Source: Azolla caroliniana
Taxonomy: Eukaryota; Plantae; Polypodiophyta
DNA: 64,000 nt
Direction of reading: 5' to 3'
NCBI GenBank assembly: GCA_043228905.1
Contig: JBHGNT010000006.1
Span: forward strand, 6,510,001 to 6,574,000
Shown in pieces: positions 1-13,072 of this stretch; positions within the stretch are counted from its first letter, which is position 1, and every line of letters starts with the position of its first letter. The notes below the pieces were generated by a model. That model searched no databases. It was not told the DNA's origin and was given only the letters and a program-made list of their open reading frames with translations. The translations under genes and the position numbers were made by a program.

Positions 1-553
1 TTGCGCTTTTGGCAGAAATGGCGGATCACACCTATGGTGATGCAAGGTGGGAGTGGCCCGAGGTGGAACTACCAGCCCCCACGTTGGTTGTTTCCTACTC
101 ACCTGCCACCCTCTCTTCGGTGTAGGCCCCAAGAGCCGACTCGTACTAGGCAACATTGAAGGGCATCGCCTTGGATATAGGTAGCTTCTTACATTAAGTT
201 AGGCCGCAAGGCAATGTAAGTGGCTCATCTTCTTTGGCTTGATCGGAGGAAGTCTCCCCGATGTGTGTATAAGTCTCCTTATAGACTCTATGTAATAATC
301 CTTCCTAACTAATGGGAAAGTAGCTTTACTTTGAAAAAAATAAAATAAAATAAAATAAAATAGATATTTTAAGTACAATTACTTTATTAAAAATAATTTT
401 TTGATGTATTGTATTAATAGAATATTACATAATATAGACGTTCTATTGATTTGGCTTTTGTTTAGAGAGAAGTTTATGTTTAGAGAGGAGCTTATTAGTT
501 TTTTTCCTTACCCTAAGCACATAACTTAGAGAGCCCTATCTAGACCTTAAGCC

Positions 554-3334
554 ATGAGTGAAGATTCACCGTTCTCGATTGAAGAATATTGTTTGTCATC
601 AGACCCATCGTTTTCTACTGAAGAGTATTGTTTGTCAACAGAGTCACCATATTCGATTGAAGAATATTGTCTGTCGACCGACTCACCATATTCTATCGAA
701 GAATATTGTCTGAGCTCATCTACAGGGAATGTAAATAATGACACATGTGAAGAGTTCTCTATTGAAGAATACGATATTAATAAAGATACGGAGAATGAAG
801 GTAGTGCCCAGGAAACATTGAATAACATTGGCGATGGTCACAACAGAGAATTAGACTGTAACAAGGTTACACCAACCTCTATGCAGGAAGAGAAATCTGG
901 GAGCCCTATGCATATTAGAAGAATCCCACGAAGAATTCGTCTGGCTAGATTTAGCTTGGTGACATCAGATAAACAGATTGGATTTGATGTCAAAAAAATA
1001 TGTTGTGCCCGTGGTTGTATGTCTATGATTGGAAAATCAAAGTTGCGAGAATTAAGGCGATACTATTTTTCGATGACCGGTGATGAGCAAGACACTTACC
1101 TCGGGTCACATATGCAACTAGTATCTGACAAATGTACGGGGATCAAAGTATCATTCGAGTATTATATCTTCCATGCGCAACAGATATGTAGAGTTGCATT
1201 CAAAATTGCGTTATGTGTTAGTAACATGCGCCTACATAGAGTACAACAACGTCTACTTAGCGGGGATCAGATGCTCAATTGTAAAGAGGTTCCAAGTATG
1301 AAAGGTGCAATTGGAAGACATGCTATTGGTTGGATGAAAACTTACTTTCAGTTAAATTGTGAAGTAATGCCCACTACAAGTAGGATGCATCTTTCTGATA
1401 ATTATACACGTCGGGAAGTTTATGATGTCTATCGATTTGATATGCTGGGCTCACGTAATAAGTCTATCACCTATAGCCAATTCACAAGATTATGGAGAGC
1501 TCGGTTTTCAAATGTTATTATTCCTCGTAAAGTACGTATGGGGTATTGCTCCATTTGTGCAAATCTTAAAAGTTTGGCTAAAGGTGCAAAGACATCAATG
1601 GAAAAGGATACGAGTAAGAAGTTACTACAAGAGCATCGTGAGGCACAATCCTTAGAACGAAAGAAGGCGATGCATCATAGAGAGAAGTGTTTGAAGAGGC
1701 CCGAATAATACATGTGCTTAATGATAGATGGCATGGACCAGAAGAAGACATGCTTGCCGCATATGCGGAGGCTCCCCAAAGATGTCAATGATGAGTGCCT
1801 TGTTCAAATGCACTTGGTGGGATGCTTGGCTTATAATAGGTCTGTTCGACCTCACGTCTTCATTACTTACCCCAATGTTCACAATGACCCTAACCTAACA
1901 GTTACAGTGATTCACTAAGTTTTGATGTCTTGGGGCCAACCTTTCCCCCCTGTTCTATACATTCAATTGGACAATACTGCTAGAGAGAACAAAAATTCAA
2001 ATGTATTTGGCTATCTAAGTATGTTGGTCAACCTAGAATTGTTTAGGAAAGTGAAAGTCAATTTCCTTTTGGTTGGCCACACACATGACCATATAGATCA
2101 GATGTTTAGCACATTCTCCAGACAGTTGTCTCGGCATGATGCTTTCACTTTACCTAAACTATTTGATGTCATTTGTGATGCTTATACACCACGCCCAAAA
2201 GTGTTACACTTGAAGGAGGTATATGACTTTAAGAGATATATATTAGATGGGGGTGGTGGGAATGTTAAAGTGCTTGCTCAGTTAAACAATATAAGTTTCA
2301 ATCACATTTTTATGATAAAGAAAAATGGAATAAGTGGTTCTACACTTTTGTATGCTAAACAATATTCATCTTCTACAACATGGGAACCTGAAGGTGGTTG
2401 CCAGTTATTACTTTGTATGCCGAGTACAATTGTCCATGGAGCTAAGCAAATGCCAATTGAGAAGAAAGGACAGTTGTAGAGCAACTTGGTATCAGAACAA
2501 AAACGGTCATGGCTCCAAGCCTTAGAAGAAAAAAGAAAGCATATTGAGGCCGCCAAGAAATATGCCGCACAACAAGACACGTCATGGTGGGATGTATTTT
2601 ATAGTGATCAGAAAGAAATTATAGACAATTGTGTATCTGTTGATAATTGGAATTTGGAAACGCCATTCACATGGTCGCTGCAACATGATCGCGTAAATAG
2701 AACTCCGGAGCAACTAGTAAATGCGATTAATGACAGCTTGGTCCATCCACAACAAAGAGACATTTATGTGGGACCAAGGATGACCAAAGCAGCCGAAGCT
2801 AGATGGCAAGGCAATTTGCAAGAGCTCACCGCGGGGATGTTGATTGCAACGCCGACTGATGAGAACTCACATGGCCACCAATTTTGGGTTGGTAAAATTC
2901 TAGAAGTGCTAATGCATGAAATAGAAAACACGATCAAGTCTATAAATGTTCATTGGTACAACACTAGAAGTGCAAATGCTTTTACAGGTAAGTATACATT
3001 GGAGATGATTGAATGCCCAACAAGAAGGGGAGGTAGGAAGAGGAAGCGAAACATTCGTAACACCTCGACCCTTGATATCTCTGATGTGGATATCATCGTG
3101 TACGACTTCACACTTACAAAAGCCAGACGATTAAGGAAGTCAACAATAGATATAATAAAAGAAAAATTACCAGGTCTACAAGGTGGCTCGAGTCAAAGGC
3201 AAACGAGATCTGCTACATATAATCTAGAGTCAAACCATTTGGTTTATGACGAAGATAATGCACTGATTGGTACATCCGAGGATGATGAGGAGGAATCGTC
3301 ATTGTATATTAGTTATAGTAGTGATTCTCCGTAA
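554..3334 (+). pseudogene. Decayed DDD/E DNA transposase, Sola-like (~926 codons, 3 in-frame stops)
   Basis: ORFs 554-1708, 1712-1918, 1922-2479 and 2486-3334 share one frame and are separated by single stops. Motifs IDGMDQ, QLDNTARENKN and FLLVGHTHDHIDQMFS, with an upstream CxxC...H. Superfamily call is from motif memory, not a search. Confidence 0.7.
563..718 (+). repeat. 4 x 39-bp coding tandem repeat (DSPYSIEEYCLST-like)
   Basis: Visible in DNA and protein; a partial fifth copy (FSIEEY) lies near 755. Confidence 0.9.
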
Positions 3335-3690
3335 AGGAGTGATCATGAATGTATATTTGGCTATTAAGTGTAACTACATTCCGCTTGTAACAAATCGAGT
3401 AATATAAAAGCATGTGTTTTGAATTCTTATGATTTCTAAAAAATCGTTACATATAAAATAACATTGGTTGTAAAGTTTGTGATATAAATTGAGAATGTAT
3501 CTTTTTGAAATTCGTTTTTTTTTAGTTACTTCTAAATCACGAAAATAGTGGATTTTAAACCTTTTTCATAGTATGTTTGAACATGTATGATACTGGTATC
3601 AATGTGTTTTGTAAAATCATTGAAAAACCCCTAAAATTTCCCTTATCCTTCCATTTATGCGCGATCCTTCCACTTGTGAACGCGAACGTG

Positions 3691-4658
3691 TTTTTTATGT
3701 TGATGTATGGTTTTCAACCACAAGCCCCGATTGATGTTAATATACATCATGATGAGTTGCGAAGTACACAAAACTTTCTTCGGGATATGCAAGATATGTT
3801 GCATATTGCACGAGATAGTATAAAATCAGCTCAAGATAGAGCGTGTTTTTATGCCGATCATAATAAGCAACCTCGTGTATTCAACCCTAGACAGAAGATA
3901 TTTTTACGTGCACCTCACAATTCTAAGACATTGTATACGGGTAAGTGCGCTAAGTTAGCCCCACAGTTTTGGGACCTTTTCAAGTCCTCAAACGCATTGG
4001 TTCATCAGCCTATCATCTCGCTCTTCCTAATGGCGTTGAAATCCATCTAGTTTTTCATGTAAGTCGTCTAAAAGAACTTATTGGTTAAGGCGACAATACA
4101 GTTACAACTAGAACTCTGGTTACTTTAGAAGAATTATCTTCGAAACCACGTGTACCAGAAAGAATTCTCGATGTTAAAACAAAACATTTACGTTCTAAAA
4201 TCATCCAAGAATTTAAAATTAAATGGATGGATAAGTCTATCAAAGATGCCACATGAGAACGTGAAAATGCTCTTTGAACTAACTTCCCTAACTTTCCATT
4301 ACAAGAGTGCAATGTTTTAAAGAAGGGGAGTATGTTACAAGCATGACCATATAATATCCCGTAACAGTTATGGACCACCTTTGGTATCCTAAAGAATCTA
4401 TAACTAACAAGAAACTAACAATTCAATTGATTTGTCACAAGAAACTAGCAACAAATTAGGATTTCATATAGAGTACTTTAGAGGAATTAACATGTGTCAC
4501 GACTCACAAACATGAGAACTTGCACTCCACCTCCACCCAATTTGAGCACTCTTATTGCAAAATCTTTGGAAACTCGGCTAATGGTCTCCTTTAGACAATA
4601 ACATTAGGACGACATTGAAAATGACAAGAAGGCAATACAAATTTTTGTGATGGTAACA
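3691..4658 (+). mobile_element. Ty3/Gypsy chromovirus 3' remnant: integrase C-terminus, chromodomain, PPT and probable 3' LTR
   Basis: FMLMYGFQP..., then PERILDVKTKHLRSKIIQEFKIKW...DAT*E (chromodomain). PPT AAGAAGGGGAGTA directly precedes TGTTAC at 4333. The LTR end at GTAACA 4658 is tentative. Confidence 0.75.
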
Positions 4659-4837
4659 ACCTCAAAAAAACTTTTTAAGTTCTTTGTACACATCTTCAAC
4701 ACTTTTGCAATTTACCATGACATCAAGGAATAACCATTGGATTGGACTCAAGAATAATGAGGTTTTATTAGATTAACATAGAGACGTTAATTGAAAGAGA
4801 ATTAGTTGGGACGTAATTAGTGTAGTTGATAAAGTTT

Positions 4838-4959
4838 GGAAATTGGTAAATTCACAGTTTTTTCTGTATTTTCACAGTTTTTTTTTTGAGTTCAGAAATA
4901 TCCTTTCCCCCCAAAAAAACTGTGAAAATACAGAAAAAACTGTGAATTTACCAATTTCC
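4838..4959. mobile_element. 122-bp MITE, MULE- or hAT-like
   Basis: ~47-bp perfect TIRs (GGAAATTGGTAAATTCACAG...). 8-bp TSD TAAAGTTT at 4830-4837 and 4960-4967. Confidence 0.85.
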
Positions 4960-5001
4960 TAAAGTTTAATGGTTAATATTTGAACAATAAAGCATGTTTA
5001 C

Positions 5002-5119
5002 TGTTACGGGCATGGCCATATAATATCCCATGGTAAGTTTTACCGTAGTATTCTATACACATGGATAAGGTGCTATGGTAAAACTTACCACGGGATATTA
5101 TATGGTCATGCCCATAACA
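5002..5119. mobile_element. 118-bp fold-back element with TG...CA ends and 5-bp TSD; TIRs match the chromovirus LTR start
   Basis: ~49-bp inverted arms. TSD TTTAC at 4997-5001 and 5120-5124. First 30 nt match 4333-4362. Confidence 0.85.
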
Positions 5120-5603
5120 TTTACAATGGAATTGTTTGTGTATATGTTGTAACTAGAAAGAAAATTGTATTCATGAGAAAAGGCAAAGGCAGACCACACA
5201 GTAGTTGTGATAGCATTTTTCCAAGGAAGAAATGTGTAGCGTGCACATTGCATGGTACAAACGTACATATTTTTGGAAAAAAAAACTTTATACCTACTAC
5301 TTTTAATGATGTAACTATCTGTATTATTGGTGTGCACGCATTTAGAAATGAATAGCACATCAAAACTACAATCAATATGAGTTAAACATGTTATTCCTTA
5401 ATGATTCGTAAGGTCTACTCCATACACTATCAATGCTGAGCTAAATTTAACATTTATTTAATTTTTGAAATTTGATATTCGTTTCGATAGTCAAAATTAA
5501 TTAAATATTTTGCATTACCATTGACTTGTTATATGATGCAATTCTTTGGGTTTTTTTTTTATGTGACAAAAGATATGTTGGAGGACATTTCAAATCAATT
5601 ATT

Positions 5604-5785
5604 GGAACTTTCCGTTTGTCATTCCTTAGTAATACATTTATTATTGATGCATTTCAATCTTGATCTTTCATGAGAAATGTACTTAATGAGAATGGACTTT
5701 CCATATGCCATTCCTTAGTAATACATGCGTTTTAGATCCATTTCAAACTCGCTATTTCATGAGAGAGGTACTCAATGAGAATGGA
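5604..5785. repeat. Degenerate ~90-bp tandem duplication
   Basis: CATTCCTTAGTAATACAT...TTTCATGAGA...AATGAGAATGGA occurs twice. Confidence 0.7.
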
Positions 5786-6538
5786 TTGGCCACTTCTGTT
5801 CATAAAGGAAGGCATTTTGCACTAACATCACCCACAAAATGGGCTGACTACATAAAAGTGATGAAGTGAATATGCATGGAGTATATGGCATAGAAAGGGC
5901 TCCTATGATTCATTTGTGTCAAAGCTTTGATAAATGCATTATGTAATTCTTTGGTACAAAGTTATTTTCTCTATTCATTATACACTCATGCTACAAGTCG
6001 ATCAAGGGTGACACAAATGGGCTTCTAACTAGGACATAACAAAGAGGTTACAACATATTGGGCAATAGCAATTTGGTGTGCACGTAAGCCCTAGCCTCGT
6101 GGACTACAATCTCACCACCATTGTCATTGACAAATAAAGGTCATTATCCCTCTCCATCATAGGTACTTCCCTCGTTTTAGATACCTCTCCATTTTGGATC
6201 AACCAAGTTGTAATCTCTTGTTTGGTCTTATAGGCCAGCCATTTTGGCCTCTTAAAATATGTTGAGATATATTTGTTTCTTTCTTTCTAGAGTATTATGA
6301 TATTGAATATTTAGAAACATTAGATGCATACATAAGAAGCTATGATGAATACAAGCTACGGGAAACACATGCCGATTTCTATTTTATATGAGAAAAATAT
6401 CATGTGGATTTATTAAAATGTCGAGTCCTTTTATATTTGTGCTTTTGGACACTTAATATTTAGAATGTCAACGGACTGCCAAGTTAGAAATTTGTCATGC
6501 CAATAAGATTAACATATTTTTAAAATACACGTCCCATG

Positions 6539-7424
6539 TTTCTTTCAATATTCTGTGACGATTGCTAGGAAATTAGTAGGTGCTAGAACATGGAAAGAAC
6601 AAACTGCAAATGTTTTTTGGAGACAAAATGAACTTTCTCCACAACATCTCAAACAATTTTATGAATTGGCTATGGGGTATAAAAATGAGTAGGAAAATTG
6701 TTTGTTTTTGTTGGTTGTTGGTATAACAGTTGATGGGTGGCGAAAAGGAAAGGTAGACAAGATGTGCCATTTTTGTACAAATTTAATAGAGATTGCTAAA
6801 CATTGTTTGTGGAGTTGTGGTTTTGCTATGGACATCTGGAAACGAATCATAAAATTATTAACTCTAGTATATCCTAAGCAGTGTATACATGGAGAGCAAT
6901 ATTATGGACGGTGGTACATGATAAACCTATGGTATGTGAACAGGAGGAGGTTGCAAATGCTATTGTGATGAGATATGTTTTGATGGAAAAAATTTTGATA
7001 CCTTTGAATCTACAAATGCAAACTGATAAACCTCAAATATGGAAATTGGTAAGTAGTATTACAATTTGGTATATTTGGAAGGCTCGATGTTTGAAGGGAC
7101 TTCAAAATGTGACTGAAAAACTTGCCCACATAATTTCGTGAATTTGGACAAAGATTGTGCATAATCTTAGAGGTTTGTTGGATAGTATATAAGGTAATAT
7201 GCACCAAGCGGAGCTTAAGCGTTTGAAGTTTCATGCCATCTAGGACATAGTTATGTTTTATAGACGACTTTCCGATAAGGTGGAGTGGTTTTACTCAGCA
7301 CCAAAGTATTTATTTAAGTTGATGGTTAGAATTAAGAAAAATAAAGGCGATGTGTGGTATATACTGTATGTATAACATTACGACGTTTTTCTAATACTAA
7401 TGTAGTATCTTTTTTTGGAAAAAA
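6539..7424 (+). mobile_element. 5'-truncated L1-like LINE (zf-RVT 3' end)
   Basis: CHFC...E...HCLWSC...W and ITIWYIWKARC motifs, A-tail near 7419. ~17-bp TSD AAAATACA(C/T)GTCCCATG at 6522-6538 and 7425-7441. Confidence 0.8.
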
Positions 7425-9284
7425 AAAATACATGTCCCATGAAATTGTTGGTTGCACACTCTAATCCTAACATTGTCTGTTGTATTATAGCATATGCTCA
7501 TGGGTAGTTGATGCAAGCATATATGATTGTGTTTGACCTAATAAGAGTCATGCTCGGTTGGTTATGATTACAAAGCCCCTCTTGTCCCAATAACCCACAA
7601 ATATAATATGTTCTACGTGTCACAACAATTTGCCTTGTCGAAATCTATTAGACAATGTATCACATTTGCATCTTGAAGAAGTGAAATTTCTTTTGACAAG
7701 AAACATTTGGAATAATCCCTTAGGTTTCTAACTTTATCAAACCAAATAACTCTGACCACACAAGCATATGCCCTATCGTCTAAAGACACCCCAAGAAAAG
7801 TAGAAATATAATGTGACGATCAATGACCCAATATCCATCCGAGCCCAAACATTATCACTTCTGTTAATATATCAATGACTTGAAAAGTCCAAAACACCAA
7901 ATTGCATTTTATCCCCATCTTTTCACTCTCTTGTTTATTTATTAAGTGCAAACAAAAACCATTTGACCAAACATTCTTCTTTCTCTTTTTGGGTTTCTCG
8001 CTTATCAATTATACCACATTTTGGGCTAGTGAATGTATCATAACTAATTGTGTGGCGTAAATGTGCCTTAATAGATATTACTAATCCATAGACCATATAT
8101 GTGGGTATAGTTCACCTTCACTCTAAAATGGTCTACTTAATTTGTAATTAACACCCACATATCGTTAGTCCTAACCATTTATCTTTTACAAAATCTCAAT
8201 ATACCCCTTTACTTGGAATGATTGAATTTAACATATCAACTAGCATCTCATAATGTATAATAGATACACATGATAACGAACCTTTCAAGCATTCCATGTG
8301 GTCACGACTCAAGATGGTCGAAGAATTTACAAAAATGGCCATTGCACCTAGAATGGGGATGTGATGATTGTGGTAATAGGCCTCTAACAATCATACATCA
8401 AATTCCAAAGGCTTTTAGGGAGAAAAGAAAGGGCATTAGTGGATTCTTACAAGGCGGTGATGAGCCAATGTCATACCGTTGTGGTTGTAGTTAATTACAA
8501 AGTCATCATAACGGTACAAGAAACAGTTTCTAGTTTTCCAAGGAAAGCTCTTTTTTTTTGACTTTTTAGTCACGTAAAGAAAACAATAAGTATTTGAACT
8601 TTTTTAACTGCACAATCCTTTTCTCCTCTCTAAAACACATAATGCCAAAGTACATTTTTTCGTTATTGCTACGTGCAGTCGCGATGGATGATGTCCGTAG
8701 TACTTAGTCATCGTCATCAACAGTATATAGCTTTATGAATGTTGCTCTTGGTATGTAGTTAGTTAGCAATGTGCAGGTTGGTTGCCACTGCGTTTGTCGG
8801 GTATTTGTGTGCAAATCGTCACCTAGGGTACAATATGTCAGTGTTAAAAATTTACGATGAGCGATGGATGTTAAAATTGCTTTCATCTCCGCAATCATCA
8901 ACACAATGTTTAATTGAGGCCCAAGTGTTCACGTCTTGTGGTGTCCATCCTTATAAAGAGAATGTAAGTTATTGGTTTAAAACGAGGGCCATGATTCGAT
9001 GCGATGATCTCTTTATCCTCCTCTTCTTACATACATATTTGAAGGTCTTCTTCTTCTGCTTCTTCTTTCTTCTGGGAACCGGTCCCCCCATTAACCCTGT
9101 TCTTTCGTCTAGAACTCGTCCCTTTCTGCGCCCCTTTATCTCTGAAACGCGTGCTCAGCACAGAAAACCCACGAGGAAGCCACACGATCCCCACATCGAG
9201 CTTCCTCCCCCCCCCCCCCCCCCCCCAAATGGTTATTATCCACCCCGCCTCGCTGACCCAGAACACCTCTCTTGGCTCAGGGAT

Positions 9285-9856
9285 ATGGAGTCTCCCATCC
9301 CCCACCCACACAACGCCAAGCCCCTTCTTGAAGATGAGTCCAGACTAGCTCTCTTGAGACACTTCCAATCAAGCAATGAGGAACATGCTTATGAAAAAGA
9401 GGATCAGATCGATGTGGATGCTATTCTTAAGAGCTCAGATCATTATGGCGATGCTAATGCCATCCCTCCTTTCTCCTGGAAAAAGCTATGGCTTTTCACC
9501 GGCCCAGGGTTCCTTATGAGTATTGCTTATTTGGATCCTGGAAACCTCGAGAGTGATCTTCAATCAGGTGCCGTGGCAGGGTATGCGCTATTATGGCTTC
9601 TTATGTGGGCTACTGTGATGGGTCTTGTGTTACAACTTCTTTCCGCTCGAATTGGAGTTGCGACCGGACGTGATTTGGCTGAGCTTTGTAGAGAAGAGTA
9701 TCCTTTATGGGCTAGAATTGTCCTATGGCTAATGACCGAGGTTGCCATTATTGGTGCTGATATACAAGAGGTTATCGGTAGTGCGATTGCTTTAAGGATC
9801 CTTTCTCTAGGATACATTCCCTTGTGGGGTGGCGTGCTGATCACTGGTGTAGATGG
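9285..9856 (+). CDS. NRAMP: NRAMP coding exon 1
   Basis: ATG at 9285; donor GTAAGT at 9857. Confidence 0.88.
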
Positions 9857-12800
9857 GTAAGTTTATTTTTATCCCTTTTCCCTTTGAGTATTGAAATCTC
9901 TTAGCTGCTTCAGATTTTCGTGTCTCATATAGCTTCAAAGATAATTGAATGGATGATTACTTGTAATGAAAAGGTTATGGAATCGGTGAACTACTTTGAG
10001 AGGATTGTTGAAGTTCTTGAATTGAAAAGATTATGGAACTAGTGAAGTGAAGTACTTGAATTGAAAAGAGTATGGAGTTAACGAAATACTTGGCTTGAAA
10101 AGGTAGTAGAATTAGTAGAATACTTGAATGGGATTGGTGAAATACTTGAAAGGAGAAGATTATCGAATTTCTGGAAGTACTTGAATGGAAATGGTAATGG
10201 AAACTTTTAAGTACTTGAATTGAAAATATATTATGTATTTGGGAAAGCATTTTGTACAGGATTGGTAAAGTACATCGAAAAGATCATGCAATTGGCGAAG
10301 TACTCAATTGAAGAGGATAAATGGTTATAATTCCTCAAAAAAGTCTATGCCTCAAAAGAAGCATAAAGCTCCCGATTATTAAAGTTAGTGAAGTACAGCC
10401 AATAAAACTGTTTTATTCTTTCTTAAAATTCAGCATGGTTTTCTAATAGAATTGCTGAAGTGCCGGATTTGGTTTTGTTTTCAACTTTGTGAAATCATAT
10501 GTAGTGAAAGTACTAGTAAATGTTTCTGGAAGGCATATCAAATAGATCATCCATAGTTTTAACTTTGTAGCATGTGTAAGTAAGCTCTAGAATCTAAAAA
10601 ATATTCTTTCCTGGCAGGTTTATTTTTCTTTTCTTGGAGAACTATGGAATCAGGAAGCTGGAAGCTTTTTTTGGTTTTTTGATCTCAATAATGGCAATAT
10701 CTTTTGCATGGATGTTTGGCAAAGCTCAACCTAGTGCAAGCGACTTAGCTCTTGGTGAGTCACTCATGTTCGTGCTTACATCAGCGCCCCTTGCTACGAG
10801 TCTTTGGATCCATTAAGAAAAGCTATTGTTCTTTTCCAGGGCTTATTATACCAAGGGTCCCAGCAGTTGCAGTTAGTCAGGCTGTAGGAGTAGTAGGTGC
10901 TTTGATCATGCCACATAACATTTTTCTTCACTCAGCTTTGGTGCAATCGCGATCTATTGATATCTCTAACATTTACCGCGTGAAGGAAGCGCTGCGATAC
11001 TTCTTCATTGAATCAGCTATCGCAATCTTTGTTTCCTTCATTATAAATGTGTTTGTAGTGTCAGTATTTGCGAAGGCCTTTTATGGAACTGACGTTGCGG
11101 ACTCCATTGGACTAGCGAATGCAGGGGAATATCTACAAGAGCAGTATGGTGGTGGATATTTCCCTATCTTATACATTTGGGCGATTGGGCTATTAGCTGC
11201 GGGGCAAAGTAGTACAATGACAGGCACATATGCAGGGCAGTTTGTTATGGCCGGCTTTTTGAACTTGAGAGTGAGAAAGTCAGTGAGGGCATTTGTAACC
11301 CGAGCAGTGGCCATTCTGCCTACAGTAATAGTTGCTCTCATATTTAATGGATCAGATGATCAACTAGACCGACTAAATGAGTGGCTGAATGTTCTTCAGT
11401 CAGTTCAACTTCCCTTTGCATTGATTCCTCTCCTTTGTATTGTATCAAAGGAACATATCATGGGAGTTTTTAAAATCGGACCTCGATTTCAGGTATATTT
11501 GTTTCTCTGTACACTTATTTATTGAAGTCTATGCATTCATATCATCATTCTGGAATAGTTGGCTAGTTTGGGAATTTATTCAAATTAATTACATGCTGAA
11601 GCACTAGTAATTGGACATGCTTTCAGCATTCGTGTATATCATCTGCATTTTAGGCTGGTTTGTAAACGTCAAAAGCAATAAAACATTAGGTATTTAAATT
11701 GAGACTTGAAACTGTGGAGAATGGCTGGTTGGAATGATTTTAGTGGCAAAAATATGTAGTTCTGAAACCTTTAAGTTAGGTGGAGCCAGAAAATATAGAT
11801 TTATTACTGGTTTGAGCTGGATCTTCTGAAAATGAAATAATAGGCACAGATATTGAAAACAAGGTTAATGTCCTTTCGTAGATCACCTAGATCACTGTTA
11901 TCGTCTATCCTCTTGGTATTTTGTGAAACCATCAATGGTACCACTTTTGGTAAGAAAAGTAGAGTTACTGAATTACAATTTTAATTAAGTTTGTTTGTAT
12001 TTCAATAAGAACTGCACTTTATGTTGATGATGTAAGGGATCTACTACCAACTGTTTGAGATAATTCAATAAGTGTGAACATCACTTCAGTCCATGCAACT
12101 GAGATTTGCTCAATGATCTGGAAGAAATGTGTCCCACTAGTTGATTATAGAATCGAGATGGAAAACTCTAGGCCTGATTCTATGTTCTACCTTGGAAAGG
12201 CCATGGATTTAATTTGAATACTGTAAATCCTTAAAAATCTTATTTGGTAGCAAATTGTAAACTCTCCCTCTTGTCCAAGGAAGCTGGCCATCGAGTGGAA
12301 GAAGGTAAATGTATAGTCATCCATCTGATAGCTAGGAAAATAATGGTGTGCTCATAAAATAGTTGTCTATGGTTATCCAACTGAGTCCACAGTAGAAGGC
12401 ATACTAGTGAGAACAAGTACTTACCAAAAAACATTTGTAGGATAATGGCCACTGCAGCAAATGGTGGCCAAGCCCACAACAAAAGGCACGTTTAGATTGG
12501 AAATCAGTGTGCAAGGCATATATTATATTTGGAATCCACTAAGATGATGTAATCTTATTAATATCACCCCTCTTCAAAATGAGGTCGAACAATTATTTTC
12601 TGAATCTCACAGCTCTTATATGTGTTAAGAGAAAAGAGGAAAAGAGGAAAATGTTCCTTTACAAAGAATGTGATGATCAGCTTTTCACCATAATTAATTA
12701 TCATAATGAATTCTGGTCATAAGGTCTAGTTAAATCCTAGAGTAAATACCAAACTTAACAAGCTTCGTGTATTTGGGTTTAGTTGACCCTTTAGATGGAA

Positions 12801-13072
12801 TTTATTACGGAAATGACATGCAGTAAGTTAGTTGTGTTTTGTCTTGGCTGCAGGTTGTCGTTTGGGTAATAGCTTTATTGGTTCTAATCATTAATGGTTA
12901 CCTTCTAGTGGAGTTTTGTTCAACTTACATTGCTGCTAGTACAGCTGTGATGCTGATTCTGGTCATCTTGGCCACGTTGTATATTATGTTTATCATTTAC
13001 CTGATTATACAATCAAAATGTGGTAATCGTCTAGCGAAATTGAAGAGATGGAGTTGGACTGGCCTGATATAG
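9285..13072 (+). CDS. NRAMP: NRAMP divalent metal (Mn/Fe) transporter, AtNRAMP2/3/4-like, ~526 aa; join(9285..9856,10618..10754,10840..11492,12854..13072)
   Basis: Motifs [30 protein letters not shown] and [17 protein letters not shown]. Three GT-AG introns join in frame (1581 nt). The start codon is inferred. Confidence 0.95.
9965..10330 (+). repeat. Degenerate ~40-bp minisatellite in NRAMP intron 1
   Basis: Recurring GAAGTACTTGAATTGAAAAGATTATGGA-like unit. Confidence 0.7.
10618..10754 (+). CDS. NRAMP: NRAMP coding exon 2
   Basis: CAG acceptor; encodes [16 protein letters not shown]; donor GTGAGT. Confidence 0.93.
10840..11492 (+). CDS. NRAMP: NRAMP coding exon 3
   Basis: TTTTCCAG acceptor; donor GTATAT at 11493. 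Confidence 0.93.
12854..13072 (+). CDS. NRAMP: NRAMP coding exon 4 (last TM helices)
   Basis: CTGCAG acceptor in phase 0; encodes [15 protein letters not shown]; ends at TAG. Confidence 0.88.
   Translation, partial: VVVWVIALLVLIINGYLLVEFCSTYIAASTAVMLILVILATLYIMFIIYLIIQSKCGNRLAKLKRWSWTGLI

Noticed and set aside
1706-2479. Programmed stop-codon readthrough or an alternative genetic code in the transposase
   Set aside because: Mixed TAA/TAG stops fit the C-to-T decay seen in all TEs here, and the host genes use standard stops.
8769-9284. 172-aa N-terminal extension of NRAMP in the ORF track
   Set aside because: It starts at a non-ATG codon and is low-complexity (Phe run, poly-Pro from the C-run) with no NRAMP similarity. 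ATG 9285 gives a normal-length protein.
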